This document shows, in pieces, positions 48,708 through 58,518 of a stretch of 64,000 nt of DNA; position 1 is the stretch's first letter, and every line of letters starts with the position of its first letter. Origin of the DNA: Muribaculaceae bacterium (lineage in GTDB: Bacteria; Bacteroidota; Bacteroidia; Bacteroidales; Muribaculaceae); the NCBI GenBank assembly GCA_017436845.1, contig JAFSCJ010000015.1, forward strand, positions 126,771 through 190,770. Reading direction: 5' to 3'. Below the pieces are notes generated by a model that was given only the letters and a program-made list of their open reading frames with translations, was not told where the DNA came from and ran no database searches. Made by a program: the position numbers and the translations under genes.

Positions 48708-49295
48708 ATGTTGAAATACAATACACAGCAAAAGAAACTTATATTACCCGAATACGGTCGTAATATACAACAAATGGTAGATCACTGTCTAACAATTGAA
48801 GACAGAGAAGAACGTACTCGCTGTGCTTACTCTATAATAAATACAATGGGGAATTTATTTCCCAATCTCCGTGATATTGAAGATTTTAAGCACAAACTAT
48901 GGGATCATCTCGCAATAATGTCTGATTTTAAACTTGATATTGATTATCCATGCGAAATAGTTAATCCGGAATATTTTAATACGGCACCACAAAAAGTAGA
49001 GTACAAGCTATCTCCTATTAAATATCGCCATTACGGAAAAAGTATTGAACTTATGATAGCCAAAGCATCTGCAATGGAAATGGGAGAAGAAAGAGATGCA
49101 CTAATACTGCTTATTGCTAATCATATGAAAAAAATGATGCTATCGGTTAATAACGATGGAGTTGATGACGCAAAAATCCTTAAGGATTTACGCGATTATT
49201 CACATGGTGCAATTAATCTCAATCCAGACACATACCATCTTCACGAATTTAAGGAGGCTCCGTCTCAACAAAATAAACGAAAGAAAAAGAAATAG
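48708..49295 (+). CDS. DUF4290-like conserved Bacteroidetes protein
   Basis: MLKYNTQQKKLILPEYGRNIQQMVDH is an N-terminus typical of this family as I recall it. 195 aa. The family call is tentative. Confidence 0.7.
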   Translation: MLKYNTQQKKLILPEYGRNIQQMVDHCLTIEDREERTRCAYSIINTMGNLFPNLRDIEDFKHKLWDHLAIMSDFKLDIDYPCEIVNPEYFNTAPQKVEYKLSPIKYRHYGKSIELMIAKASAMEMGEERDALILLIANHMKKMMLSVNNDGVDDAKILKDLRDYSHGAINLNPDTYHLHEFKEAPSQQNKRKKKK

Positions 49296-49300
49296 GTTTA

Positions 49301-49831
49301 ATGATAACAAATCCCCAAATCACAAATATTGGTAAATTGATTAAACCACATGGTATTAATGGCGAGATCGTAATCTCTACTGATTATGATATTGATCTAT
49401 CAACCGTAAAATGTATCATTATAAATATTGATGGTATCAATATCCCATTTTTCATTAACTCAATCAGATCACGAGGAAAAGAAACTTTTTTAATGATGAT
49501 TGACGGGATAAATACTGAAGAGGATGCTTCCATGATATGTGGCAAGTCTTTATACGTATTAAACAGCGATATCGGTGTCATCGACAATGAAGAAGATGGT
49601 TTCTATGCCAATGATTTAATTGGATATAACGTTTATCTCACCGGTTCAAAATCTTTAATCGGTAAAATTATAGACATTGAAGATAGTACAGAAAATGCAT
49701 TGTTTATTATAGCACGAGAAAATAAAGAGATAATATATATCCCTATTGTCGTTGACTTTATAGAAAATATTTCAACTGAAACATTAACAATGGAAATGGA
49801 TTTACCATTAGGATTACTTGAATTGAATTGA
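49301..49831 (+). CDS. rimM: 16S rRNA processing protein RimM
   Basis: IGKLIKPHGINGEI N-terminal signature and a PRC-barrel-like C-terminus. 176 aa. Confidence 0.88.
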   Translation: MITNPQITNIGKLIKPHGINGEIVISTDYDIDLSTVKCIIINIDGINIPFFINSIRSRGKETFLMMIDGINTEEDASMICGKSLYVLNSDIGVIDNEEDGFYANDLIGYNVYLTGSKSLIGKIIDIEDSTENALFIIARENKEIIYIPIVVDFIENISTETLTMEMDLPLGLLELN

Positions 49832-49833
49832 TT

Positions 49834-50148
49834 ATGGATTTGGAATATAACGAAGATAAAGCAATAAAATATATAAAGGGCCAACTACCTGCTGGAGTAG
49901 AATACGTTGACGATGATATTTTAAATGTTATTGACATCATATTTGATTATTATGAAGATAATAACTTATTAGATGTTGATTGTGATTTAGAGACCTCTGA
50001 TTACGACGATAAGATTAAAGATGAATTGATACTACATGTTTCAAAATTATTAAATAAAGATCCATATAACAAAATTCGTAAAGAACACATAAATATTATT
50101 GTGTGCGCAGAATTAGAATATGAACAATCAATAGGCTTTGAAGAATAA
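49834..50148 (+). CDS. hypothetical acidic protein (104 aa)
   Basis: ATG 49834 lies just after the rimM stop, whereas the ORF-track TTG start at 49828 overlaps it. No family recognised. Confidence 0.6.
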   Translation: MDLEYNEDKAIKYIKGQLPAGVEYVDDDILNVIDIIFDYYEDNNLLDVDCDLETSDYDDKIKDELILHVSKLLNKDPYNKIRKEHINIIVCAELEYEQSIGFEE

Positions 50149-50152
50149 TGCA

Positions 50153-50788
50153 ATGAAACGAAATTTAATTAAATTATTAATTCTATTTTTGTTTGCTGGA
50201 GTAACTGATATTGTTGAAGCACAAAAGAATAAAGCATCTTTATCACAACCAAAAGTTGAAGATATTATGTCTTTAGATTTTGAGAAAAATATCAATATCC
50301 CTAAAATAAGAGATAAACATAAGTCACTGATTATTGCTCATCAAAAAAAAACAGGAGAACAATATATCAAGCAAGGATATAAAGTAGAAACTACACGCAA
50401 AGGTGAAGTATTAATTATATCTATCCCAGCTCACGAATTGTTTGCACCTAATGGAACATCATTAATAGAGAATGCGACAGTAAAGTTGTCCCCTATTTTG
50501 TCACTGGCAAATAACAACCTCTATAAACTATTGATTGCAATGCATAGTGATGATACTGGTAATGAACAATATGTAGAGATGTTAACAAATAACCGCATCA
50601 TCACTGTATATGAATGGTTTAAGGAGCATTCTCATAACTCAAACATCATAGTCCCATATGCAATGGGAAATAGCGAACCGGTTGTTCCTAATAATTCCCG
50701 AGTAAATCGACAAACTAATAGACGGCTTGAAATTTATGTTGTTCCGGCAGAACAAATGATAGAACGAGCTAAGGGTAATAATTTATAA
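50153..50788 (+). CDS. OmpA-family (OmpA C-terminal-like) secreted protein
   Basis: Signal peptide MKRNLIKLLILFLFAGVTDIVEAQ from ATG 50153. C-terminal NRQTNRRLEIYVVP is typical of OmpA-like peptidoglycan-binding domains. Confidence 0.75.
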   Translation: MKRNLIKLLILFLFAGVTDIVEAQKNKASLSQPKVEDIMSLDFEKNINIPKIRDKHKSLIIAHQKKTGEQYIKQGYKVETTRKGEVLIISIPAHELFAPNGTSLIENATVKLSPILSLANNNLYKLLIAMHSDDTGNEQYVEMLTNNRIITVYEWFKEHSHNSNIIVPYAMGNSEPVVPNNSRVNRQTNRRLEIYVVPAEQMIERAKGNNL

Positions 50789-50826
50789 AAATAATATATG
50801 ATAATTCGTATATTTAAATAAATGCG

Positions 50827-50834
50827 TAATTTTG
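50827..50834 (+). promoter_or_regulatory. -7 promoter box (TAatTTTG) for proS
   Basis: Exact TAnnTTTG match 30 nt upstream of ATG 50864. Confidence 0.5.
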
Positions 50835-50863
50835 CATAAAAATAGAAATAAATAAGACTAAAT

Positions 50864-52345
50864 ATGGCAAAGGAACTAAAAGAATTAACAAAGCGTAGTG
50901 ATAATTATTCTCAATGGTACAATGACTTAGTTATTAAAGCTGATTTAGCTGAACAATCAGCCGTAAGAGGTTGTATGGTTATTAAGCCATATGGCTACGC
51001 TATATGGGAAAAAATGCAACATCAACTTGATAGTATGTTCAAAGAAACAGGTCATGTTAATGCCTATTTCCCTCTGCTTATTCCAAAATCATTCCTTAGC
51101 CGAGAGGCCGACCATGTTGAAGGTTTTGCAAAAGAATGTGCAGTAGTAACACATTACCGATTGAAAAATGATCCAAATGGAAATGGTGTAGTTGTAGACC
51201 CAGCTGCGCGTCTTGAAGAAGAGCTCATCATTCGTCCAACGTCAGAAACAATAATTTGGAACACATATAAGAATTGGATTCATAGCTATAGAGACCTCCC
51301 AATCTTATGCAATCAATGGGCAAATGTGATGCGTTGGGAAATGCGTACACGCATGTTTTTACGCACGGCTGAATTCCTTTGGCAAGAAGGTCATACAGCT
51401 CATACGACCAAAGAAGAGGCACTTGAAGAAGCTGTTAAAATGTTAAATGTATACGCAGATTTTGCTGAGAAATATATGGCAGTGCCTGTAATCAAAGGGG
51501 TTAAATCAGCAAATGAACGTTTTGCCGGAGCGATTGAAACATTTACAATTGAAGCTATGATGCAAGATGGCAAAGCATTACAATCGGGAACATCACATTT
51601 CCTCGGTCAAAACTTTGCTAAAGCATTTGATGTAAAATTCATAAATAAAGAAAATCAATTAGAATATGTGTGGGCTACTTCATGGGGAGTGTCAACTCGT
51701 TTGATGGGAGCTCTAATCATGACCCACTCTGATGACAATGGTCTTGTACTTCCTCCCAATTTGGCTCCAATACAAGTTGTTATTGTGCCTATTTTTAAGA
51801 GCGATGAGCAACTTCAACAAATAAATGAAGTCGTAAACCCTATCGTTGATGAGCTTAAATCAATGGGTATCAGTGTTAAATATGATAATGCTGACAATAA
51901 ACGCCCCGGATTTAAGTTCGCAGAGTATGAACTAAAGGGAGTCCCTGTTCGTTTAGCTATTGGCGCTCGTGATATTGAAAACGGCACTATTGAAATCATG
52001 CGTCGTGACACACTTGAAAAAAGCATAGGACAACTTCAAGGAATAGCTTCTCATGTTAAAGAACTACTTAAAGAAATACAAAATAATATATTCCAAAAAG
52101 CACTTAATCATCGCGAATCAATGACAACAACAGTAGATACCTATGATGAATTTAAAGTGCAAATAGAAAAAGGAGGTTTTATTCTCGCTCATTGGGACGG
52201 AACTCCTGAAACTGAAGAAAAAATTAAAGAAGAAACAAAAGCTACTATTCGTTGTATCCCTCTTGATGGGGATAAAACACCGGGTAAATGTATGGTCACA
52301 GGAAAACATTCAGCTCAACGAGTAATTTTTGCACGTAACTATTAG
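50864..52345 (+). CDS. proS: proline-tRNA ligase (archaeal/eukaryotic-like type)
   Basis: Class II aaRS motifs ([30 protein letters not shown]) and a C-terminal anticodon-binding plus Zn-type domain. 493 aa. Confidence 0.93.
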   Translation: MAKELKELTKRSDNYSQWYNDLVIKADLAEQSAVRGCMVIKPYGYAIWEKMQHQLDSMFKETGHVNAYFPLLIPKSFLSREADHVEGFAKECAVVTHYRLKNDPNGNGVVVDPAARLEEELIIRPTSETIIWNTYKNWIHSYRDLPILCNQWANVMRWEMRTRMFLRTAEFLWQEGHTAHTTKEEALEEAVKMLNVYADFAEKYMAVPVIKGVKSANERFAGAIETFTIEAMMQDGKALQSGTSHFLGQNFAKAFDVKFINKENQLEYVWATSWGVSTRLMGALIMTHSDDNGLVLPPNLAPIQVVIVPIFKSDEQLQQINEVVNPIVDELKSMGISVKYDNADNKRPGFKFAEYELKGVPVRLAIGARDIENGTIEIMRRDTLEKSIGQLQGIASHVKELLKEIQNNIFQKALNHRESMTTTVDTYDEFKVQIEKGGFILAHWDGTPETEEKIKEETKATIRCIPLDGDKTPGKCMVTGKHSAQRVIFARNY

Positions 52346-52353
52346 TATAAAAT

Positions 52354-53304
52354 ATGAAAACGCCCAGAATTGCTATAGTAATTCCATGTTATAACGAAGA
52401 AGATGCGCTTCCTATTTCAGCGAAGCATCTTCTTTGTTTATTAGATGAGATGTCAAACACCGGTTTGATTTCTGATGATAGTTATATTCTCTGTTGCAAT
52501 GATGGGAGTAAAGACAATACATGGCAAGTAATAACCGACCTGCATAATAAAGATAATCGCATAAAAGGAATAACACTTACCCATAACAAAGGGCACCAAT
52601 ATGTATTGCTTGCGGGATTGATGACTGCGAAAGACAAGTGCGACGCTGCAATATCTATTGATGCTGATTTGCAAGATGATCCTAATGCTATAATTGAGAT
52701 GGTAAAACAATTTCACCAAGGAAAAGAAATTGTCTATGGCGTGAGAAGTAGCCGAGCAACAGATACGTGGTTTAAACGCACAACTGCTCATGGATTTTAT
52801 TCATTTCAAAAGGCGATGGGGTTAAACACTATATACGATCATGCTGATTATCGTTTAATGAGTTCAAGAGCTTTAGAATTACTTAGCCAATATAATGAAT
52901 CCAATCTTTTTTTAAGAGGGATAATACCCCAAATAGGCTTAGATACTGCGATTGTAACATATGAGCGTCATGAACGTGTTGCCGGAGAATCAAAATACCC
53001 ATTAAAAAAAATGTTGAGTTTCTCAATCGATGGTATTACATCTTTCTCAGCAAAACCAATGCGAATGATTTTTATGACAGGATTAATATTGTTATTAATC
53101 GATATAATCGTTGCTCTATATGTATTAATCTCCTACTTTGATCACCAAACAATATCCGGGTGGCCATCAATTATGTTGTCAATATGGTTCTTGGGTAGTT
53201 TAATTTTGATGAGTATAGGAATAGTAGGAGAATATATCGGAAAAATATTTGTAGAGGTAAAACAACGTCCACGCTACTTTATTAAAGAAACCCTATTTGA
53301 TTAG
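52354..53304 (+). CDS. family 2 glycosyltransferase, polyprenyl-phosphate sugar transferase type (GtrB/ArnC-like)
   Basis: IVIPCYNEE, DGSKDNT and DADLQDD motifs, with two C-terminal TM helices. 316 aa. Confidence 0.85.
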   Translation: MKTPRIAIVIPCYNEEDALPISAKHLLCLLDEMSNTGLISDDSYILCCNDGSKDNTWQVITDLHNKDNRIKGITLTHNKGHQYVLLAGLMTAKDKCDAAISIDADLQDDPNAIIEMVKQFHQGKEIVYGVRSSRATDTWFKRTTAHGFYSFQKAMGLNTIYDHADYRLMSSRALELLSQYNESNLFLRGIIPQIGLDTAIVTYERHERVAGESKYPLKKMLSFSIDGITSFSAKPMRMIFMTGLILLLIDIIVALYVLISYFDHQTISGWPSIMLSIWFLGSLILMSIGIVGEYIGKIFVEVKQRPRYFIKETLFD

Positions 53305-53311
53305 TTCTTAT

Positions 53312-53761
53312 ATGAAAGATGTTTCAATAATCGATATATTCAATTCTGATGTATCGACACATGCTCCTCTACCCTATGCTAACGAAGGTATTCAAGCAGG
53401 ATTCCCTTCTCCTGCACAAGATTATATCAATGAAACGATTGACCTAAATAGGGAACTTATTAAACATCCTGCAGCTACATTTTTCGGTAGAGTATCAGGA
53501 GATTCCATGATAGAAGAAGGAATCGAAGAAGGAGATATCTTAGTTATAGATAAATCGTTAGAGCCCATGAATGGAGACTTAGCAGTATGTTGTGTAGATG
53601 GAGATTTTACATTAAAACGCATATTACTCGAAGATGATTGTCTCAAACTAATAGCATCAAATAAGATGTTTAAACCCATTGAGATAACTGCTGACGATAG
53701 CTTCTACATTTGGGGAATTGTAACATATACAATCAAAAAAAATCGCCGACGTCGCAATTAA
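53312..53761 (+). CDS. umuD: UmuD-like S24 peptidase (translesion polymerase accessory subunit)
   Basis: Cleavage-site region [12 protein letters not shown], Ser motif VSGDSM and Lys motif FTLKR. ATG 53312 is preferred over the TTG at 53297. Confidence 0.85.
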   Translation: MKDVSIIDIFNSDVSTHAPLPYANEGIQAGFPSPAQDYINETIDLNRELIKHPAATFFGRVSGDSMIEEGIEEGDILVIDKSLEPMNGDLAVCCVDGDFTLKRILLEDDCLKLIASNKMFKPIEITADDSFYIWGIVTYTIKKNRRRRN

Positions 53762-53772
53762 CAATATCTCCC

Positions 53773-55044
53773 ATGATTGGATTAATTGATTGTAATAATT
53801 TCTTTGTTTCATGTGAAAGAGTTTTTAACCCTTCATTACAGAATCGTCCGGTTATTGTATTAAGCAATAAAGACGGGTGCGCTGTAGCAATCTCCAACGA
53901 AGCAAAAGCATTAGGGATCAAGCGTGGAGTCCCTTTTTATCAAATTAAATCGATTGTAGGACATAATAATATTGCCGTTTTGTCAGGGAATATGCGTCTA
54001 TATGGCGACATGTCGTCACGAGTGATGGCAACACTTTCGTCTATTATTAAAGATATTGAAATCTATTCAATAGATGAAGCTTTTTTAGATTTGCAAGGGG
54101 TAAATTATGAACAACTGCTATCGATTGGACAAAAAATTGTCAAACGAGTAAAAAAAGATACAGGCATTCCAACATCATTGGGTATAGCACCAACTAAAAC
54201 ATTGGCAAAAATTGCGAGCCATTTTGCCAAGAAATATTCTAGATATAACGGAGTATGTATTATCGATACTCCTGAAAAGCGAATTAAAGCATTAGAACTA
54301 ACCTCAATTAATGAAGTATGGGGAATTGGGCGTCAATTAAGTAAACAATTTCAAAAGTATGGAATATACAAGGCTGTCGATTTTGCCAATATGCCATATG
54401 ATAATATTAAACGTATTGTAAATATAAATGGGCAACGCACTTGGCGAGAGCTTAATGGCGAGCCATGTGTGGATATTGAGACTATAACTCCTGACAAAAA
54501 ACAAATATGCACATCTCGTTCTTTTTCTAAAGCGATAACAGATATAGACTCGCTTATAAACGCAGTCTCATCATTTGCTACAATTGTTTCGCGAAAATTG
54601 AGAGAGCAAAAGAGCTATGCTGTTTCTATATCGGTATTTATTCACACCAATGCCTTTAGGACAGACCAAGAACAATATTTTAAGTCTTCTCATATTCGGT
54701 TTGAAGAACCTACTGATGATACATTAACAATTACAGCTAATGTTGTCAATGCACTTAAATCTATTTTTAGAGAAGGATATGCCTATAAAAAAGCCGGTGT
54801 AATCATCACAGAGATTATTGATTCAAAATATTATCAACCCGGACTTTTTTCATCTCCTGAAGAAAGAGAAAAAAGGCATCGACTTATGTCGGTCTTGGAT
54901 ACTATCAACCAAAGTAAGAATGCGACAGATATGGTATACACTGCCTCATTTGACCCTAAGATGAAACTTGTAAGAAAAGAATTAATGTCTAACCACTATA
55001 CCACTCGTCTATCTGATGTTATCACAATCAACTGTAACGAGTGA
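53773..55044 (+). CDS. umuC: Y-family DNA polymerase (UmuC-like)
   Basis: [19 protein letters not shown]-terminus and a SIDEAFLD catalytic motif. ATG 53773 is preferred over the ORF-track start at 53710, which overlaps umuD. Confidence 0.9.
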   Translation: MIGLIDCNNFFVSCERVFNPSLQNRPVIVLSNKDGCAVAISNEAKALGIKRGVPFYQIKSIVGHNNIAVLSGNMRLYGDMSSRVMATLSSIIKDIEIYSIDEAFLDLQGVNYEQLLSIGQKIVKRVKKDTGIPTSLGIAPTKTLAKIASHFAKKYSRYNGVCIIDTPEKRIKALELTSINEVWGIGRQLSKQFQKYGIYKAVDFANMPYDNIKRIVNINGQRTWRELNGEPCVDIETITPDKKQICTSRSFSKAITDIDSLINAVSSFATIVSRKLREQKSYAVSISVFIHTNAFRTDQEQYFKSSHIRFEEPTDDTLTITANVVNALKSIFREGYAYKKAGVIITEIIDSKYYQPGLFSSPEEREKRHRLMSVLDTINQSKNATDMVYTASFDPKMKLVRKELMSNHYTTRLSDVITINCNE

Positions 55045-55095
55045 TTAATTAAGTTTAAAGAAAGGTATATCTTTGATTTGGTAGAGTTTTTTGTG

Positions 55096-55103
55096 TAAAT
55101 TTG
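55096..55103 (+). promoter_or_regulatory. -7 promoter box (TAaaTTTG) for the HU gene
   Basis: Exact TAnnTTTG match 19 nt upstream of ATG 55122. A second box, TAtcTTTG, lies at 55068-55075. Confidence 0.45.
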
Positions 55104-55121
55104 TAGTACAATTAATTATTT

Positions 55122-55397
55122 ATGGAGACAAAACAAATCGTTGCAACTCTTTCAAAGAAGATGGGAAGAGAGCCAAAAGATATTAATGCTCTTATAGATG
55201 GGTTATCTGCTATCATTAAAGATAAATGTGGGGAATTGGATAGCATTGCAATTCCTGGTTTTGGGACATTTATTCCCTTAAAAGAGGATGAGAAAATCAT
55301 AACTGATTTATCAACCGGCAAACGCATGTTGATACCGCCTCAAATCAGTTTGCAATTTCAGCCAAGCACCATTTTGCGCAAAAAACTAACCGAATAA
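55122..55397 (+). CDS. HU family DNA-binding protein
   Basis: 91 aa. The IPGFGTF...R....PP pattern is characteristic of the HU/IHF fold. Confidence 0.88.
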   Translation: METKQIVATLSKKMGREPKDINALIDGLSAIIKDKCGELDSIAIPGFGTFIPLKEDEKIITDLSTGKRMLIPPQISLQFQPSTILRKKLTE

Positions 55398-55407
55398 TTG
55401 TTGTATT

Positions 55408-56424
55408 ATGAATGAGAAAATATCCTTTCAACAACTATCAGAATTGCTTTCTGAAATAACCGGTAGTTCTGTCGCTACATCTGAATTATTTATAAAAGAG
55501 TTTTTTGCGGTTATATCCGATGCTCTGACAAAAGGCGAAACTGTTAAGATAAAAAAACTTGGCGCTTTTTCCCCATCAGGAATGCCTGATAAACCAGTTA
55601 TTTATGCTCCTGATGAAGAATTAGCAGAAGCAATAAATATGCCCTTTACTTGCTTTGAAGCGGTTGAGCTTAACGATAGCATTTCTGATGACGCATTAAA
55701 TGAATGCAATAACGAACATCAAAATAAACAATCTAATATTGATTTTGAACAAGAAAACGAACTTAGTTCAACAACTGAAGAATTAGAACAGATAGAAACG
55801 ACAGAAGAAGGGCAAAATAATACAGAGACTTCTATAACCGAAATAGTAAAAATAGAACAAGACTCCACATCTGATACAGTTGATGAAGTTGTAACTAAAA
55901 TAGACGAAACTCAAGAAACATGTAAGCCTATTATATCTGAAGAAGTTCTTGATGTAACAGAAGATGAAGGAGAGCGAAAATCGTTATTAGGGTTGTGGAT
56001 TTGCATTAGTTTAATCATTGGTCTTTTTATTGGTTATCTTATAGGCAATATATATCCATACGACACTACAAAAACTAACGATATTGAAATTGTAAAAGAC
56101 ATTCCTTTATTAAGTGACTCAATTGCAACGGATTCCACTGTTGAAACGGCAGACACTATTGCTACTCCAATAGTTATAACAGATACAATAGGGAAAACTC
56201 GTTTTTTAACAACTATGGCTCGGCAATATTATGGAGAAATGTCATTTTGGGTATATATCTATGAAGAAAACAAAGATATATTAGGCAATCCAAATCGCAT
56301 TAAACCGGGAACTATAGTAATTATACCCGATGCAGAAAAATATGGGATTGATAAAAATGACTCGTTGAGTGTAGAACGAGCAAAGTTAAAAGCTATTGAA
56401 ATCTACGCTCCATATCAAAAATAA
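55408..56424 (+). CDS. HU-like N-terminal domain, acidic linker, TM helix, LysM-like C-terminal domain protein
   Basis: N-terminus FQQLSELLSEITGSSVATSELFIKEFFAVISDALTKGETVKIKKLGAF (HU-like). TM helix LLGLWICISLIIGLFIGYLIGNI. C-terminus LTTMARQYYGEMSFWVYIYEENKDILGNPNRIKPGTIVIIP (LysM-like). Confidence 0.75.
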   Translation: MNEKISFQQLSELLSEITGSSVATSELFIKEFFAVISDALTKGETVKIKKLGAFSPSGMPDKPVIYAPDEELAEAINMPFTCFEAVELNDSISDDALNECNNEHQNKQSNIDFEQENELSSTTEELEQIETTEEGQNNTETSITEIVKIEQDSTSDTVDEVVTKIDETQETCKPIISEEVLDVTEDEGERKSLLGLWICISLIIGLFIGYLIGNIYPYDTTKTNDIEIVKDIPLLSDSIATDSTVETADTIATPIVITDTIGKTRFLTTMARQYYGEMSFWVYIYEENKDILGNPNRIKPGTIVIIPDAEKYGIDKNDSLSVERAKLKAIEIYAPYQK

Positions 56425-56500
56425 ATTTAAGTTTTAAGATGATAAACTTATAATAGCTAAAATTAACATTTAGATTTCACATTTTAGCTGTTCAAATATA

Positions 56501-56508
56501 TAATTTTG
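56501..56508 (+). promoter_or_regulatory. -7 promoter box (TAatTTTG) for the moxR-bat operon
   Basis: Exact TAnnTTTG match 73 nt upstream of ATG 56581. Confidence 0.45.
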
Positions 56509-56580
56509 CGTATAGAATTCCATTAATGGATAAAATATAAGCAAAATAGAAAAATAAACCTAAATAAAATTTCATTTATC

Positions 56581-57576
56581 ATGAGTGAAACAATAAATAT
56601 TCGAGAGCTTAATGAACTCGTTTCAAGCAAAAGCGATTTTGTTAATTTAGTAACAAAAGGGATGGATCAAACAATTGTTGGTCAAAAACATTTGATTGAT
56701 TCACTATTGATCGCTCTTTTATCTAATGGTCACGTATTGCTTGAAGGTGTTCCAGGTTTGGCAAAGACATTAGCAATAAAAACATTATCACAAATTGTTG
56801 ATGCAAAATATAGCCGTATACAGTTTACTCCTGACTTGCTACCCGCCGATGTCATTGGGACAATGGTATATAGTGCTCAAAAGGAACAATTTCAAGTGAA
56901 ACGCGGTCCTGTATTCGCAAATTTCGTTTTAGCAGACGAAATAAACCGCGCCCCGGCAAAAGTACAAAGTGCATTGCTTGAGGCCATGCAGGAACGACAA
57001 GTAACAATCGGTAGTAAGACATTCCCTCTTGACGATCCATTCCTCGTAATGGCAACACAAAACCCCATTGAACAAGAAGGAACATATCCCCTACCAGAAG
57101 CTCAAGTTGACCGTTTCTTGCTTAAAGTAATTATCGGATATCCAACAAAAGAAGAAGAGAAAGTAATTATTCGCCAAAATATTTCTCGTGAGCAAAAAGA
57201 GATTAAAGCTCTTTTAAAGCCTGAAGAAATTATTGAAGCTCAAAAAATAGTTGAACAAATCTATCTTGACGAAAAAATTGAACGATATATCGTCGATATA
57301 GTATTTGCCACACGTTTTCCGAATGAATACAATTTGAACGATCTCTCGAGCATTATCTCATTTGGCGGTTCTCCTCGTGCTTCAATCAGCTTGGCAAAAG
57401 CATCACGTGCTTATGCATTCCTTCGCGGTCGTGGATATGTCATACCAGAAGACGTAAGAGCTGTGTGTCACGATGTACTTCGTCACCGCATAGGATTAAC
57501 CTATGAAGCAGAAGCAAATAATATCACTGCTGACGAAATTATCTCTGAAATTCTCGACAAAGTAGAGGTGCCCTAA
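56581..57576 (+). CDS. moxR: MoxR-family AAA+ ATPase
   Basis: Walker A LLEGVPGLAKT, Walker B VLADEINRAP, and a typical QATQNP-like VMATQNPIEQEGTYPLPEAQVDRF. 331 aa. Confidence 0.93.
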   Translation: MSETINIRELNELVSSKSDFVNLVTKGMDQTIVGQKHLIDSLLIALLSNGHVLLEGVPGLAKTLAIKTLSQIVDAKYSRIQFTPDLLPADVIGTMVYSAQKEQFQVKRGPVFANFVLADEINRAPAKVQSALLEAMQERQVTIGSKTFPLDDPFLVMATQNPIEQEGTYPLPEAQVDRFLLKVIIGYPTKEEEKVIIRQNISREQKEIKALLKPEEIIEAQKIVEQIYLDEKIERYIVDIVFATRFPNEYNLNDLSSIISFGGSPRASISLAKASRAYAFLRGRGYVIPEDVRAVCHDVLRHRIGLTYEAEANNITADEIISEILDKVEVP

Positions 57577-57625
57577 TTAATATCTAATCTATTGGCATTA
57601 TTTATTAATTTGAAACTACTTAACT

Positions 57626-58501
57626 ATGGATGCTAATGAACTTCTAAAAAAAGTTCGTAAAATAGAGATTAAGACACGGGGATTGTCTCAAAATATATTT
57701 GCCGGAGAATATCATTCGGCATTTAAAGGTCGCGGTATGACCTTCGCAGAAGTGCGTGAATACCAATATGGAGATGATATTCGCGACATAGATTGGAATG
57801 TTACAGCGCGCCAAAACCACCCATACGTAAAAGTTTACGAAGAAGAACGTGAATTGACAGTTATGTTGCTCATTGATGTCTCTGGCAGTAGAAATTTTGG
57901 GGCTGTAGGCGTAGAAAAAAGAGAAATAACAGCAGAAATAGCTGCTACACTTGCATTCTCCGCAATTCAAAATAATGACAAAATCGGTGTAATGTTTTTC
58001 TCTGATAGAATAGAGAAATTCATACCTCCTAAGAAAGGGCGTAAACATATTTTGTTTATTATTCGTGAATTATTGGATTTTCAACCCGAGAATACCGGCA
58101 CAAATATCTCTAAAGCATTGCAATACTTGACTGATGCAATAAAAAAACGTTGCACTACATTCTTGATTTCTGATTACATTGATGATAATAACTACCAAAA
58201 AGCATTGTCTATAGCCAATAATAAACATGATGTTACTGCTATCCAAGTATACGATAAACGTGATGCTCAGTTGCCTGATGTCGGACTTTTAAAAATAAAA
58301 GATTTAGAAACTGGTAAAGAGCAATGGCTCAACACTTCATCATCCCGAGTAAGGCAGGCACATAATAAATGGTGGTATGAACGTCAACAACAAACGACAG
58401 AAATTATGCAACGCTGTCGAGTTGATTTGGCATCAGTAGCAACTGACGAGGATTATGTTAAGGCTCTTATGGGACTATTCCAAAAACGTGGAGTAAGATA
58501 A
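57626..58501 (+). CDS. DUF58 domain protein (MoxR-associated, VWA-like)
   Basis: VREYQYGDDIRDIDWNVTAR signature, directly downstream of moxR. 291 aa. Confidence 0.88.
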   Translation: MDANELLKKVRKIEIKTRGLSQNIFAGEYHSAFKGRGMTFAEVREYQYGDDIRDIDWNVTARQNHPYVKVYEEERELTVMLLIDVSGSRNFGAVGVEKREITAEIAATLAFSAIQNNDKIGVMFFSDRIEKFIPPKKGRKHILFIIRELLDFQPENTGTNISKALQYLTDAIKKRCTTFLISDYIDDNNYQKALSIANNKHDVTAIQVYDKRDAQLPDVGLLKIKDLETGKEQWLNTSSSRVRQAHNKWWYERQQQTTEIMQRCRVDLASVATDEDYVKALMGLFQKRGVR

Positions 58502-58518
58502 TTATAATACGATTCATA

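Noticed and set aside
53710-53772. N-terminal extension of umuC overlapping umuD. Similar ORF-track extensions occur at 1883, 14195, 28363, 30966, 49828, 50138, 53297 and 61501.
   Set aside because: These extensions use non-ATG or upstream starts that overlap the preceding gene, a terminator or a promoter box. Internal ATGs give canonical N-termini or signal peptides.
56455-56489. AGCTAAAAT / ATTTTAGCT 9-bp inverted repeat after the HU-LysM gene, considered as a terminator or regulatory site
   Set aside because: The stem is almost all A-T, with a 17-nt loop and no clear T-tract. It is too weak to call.
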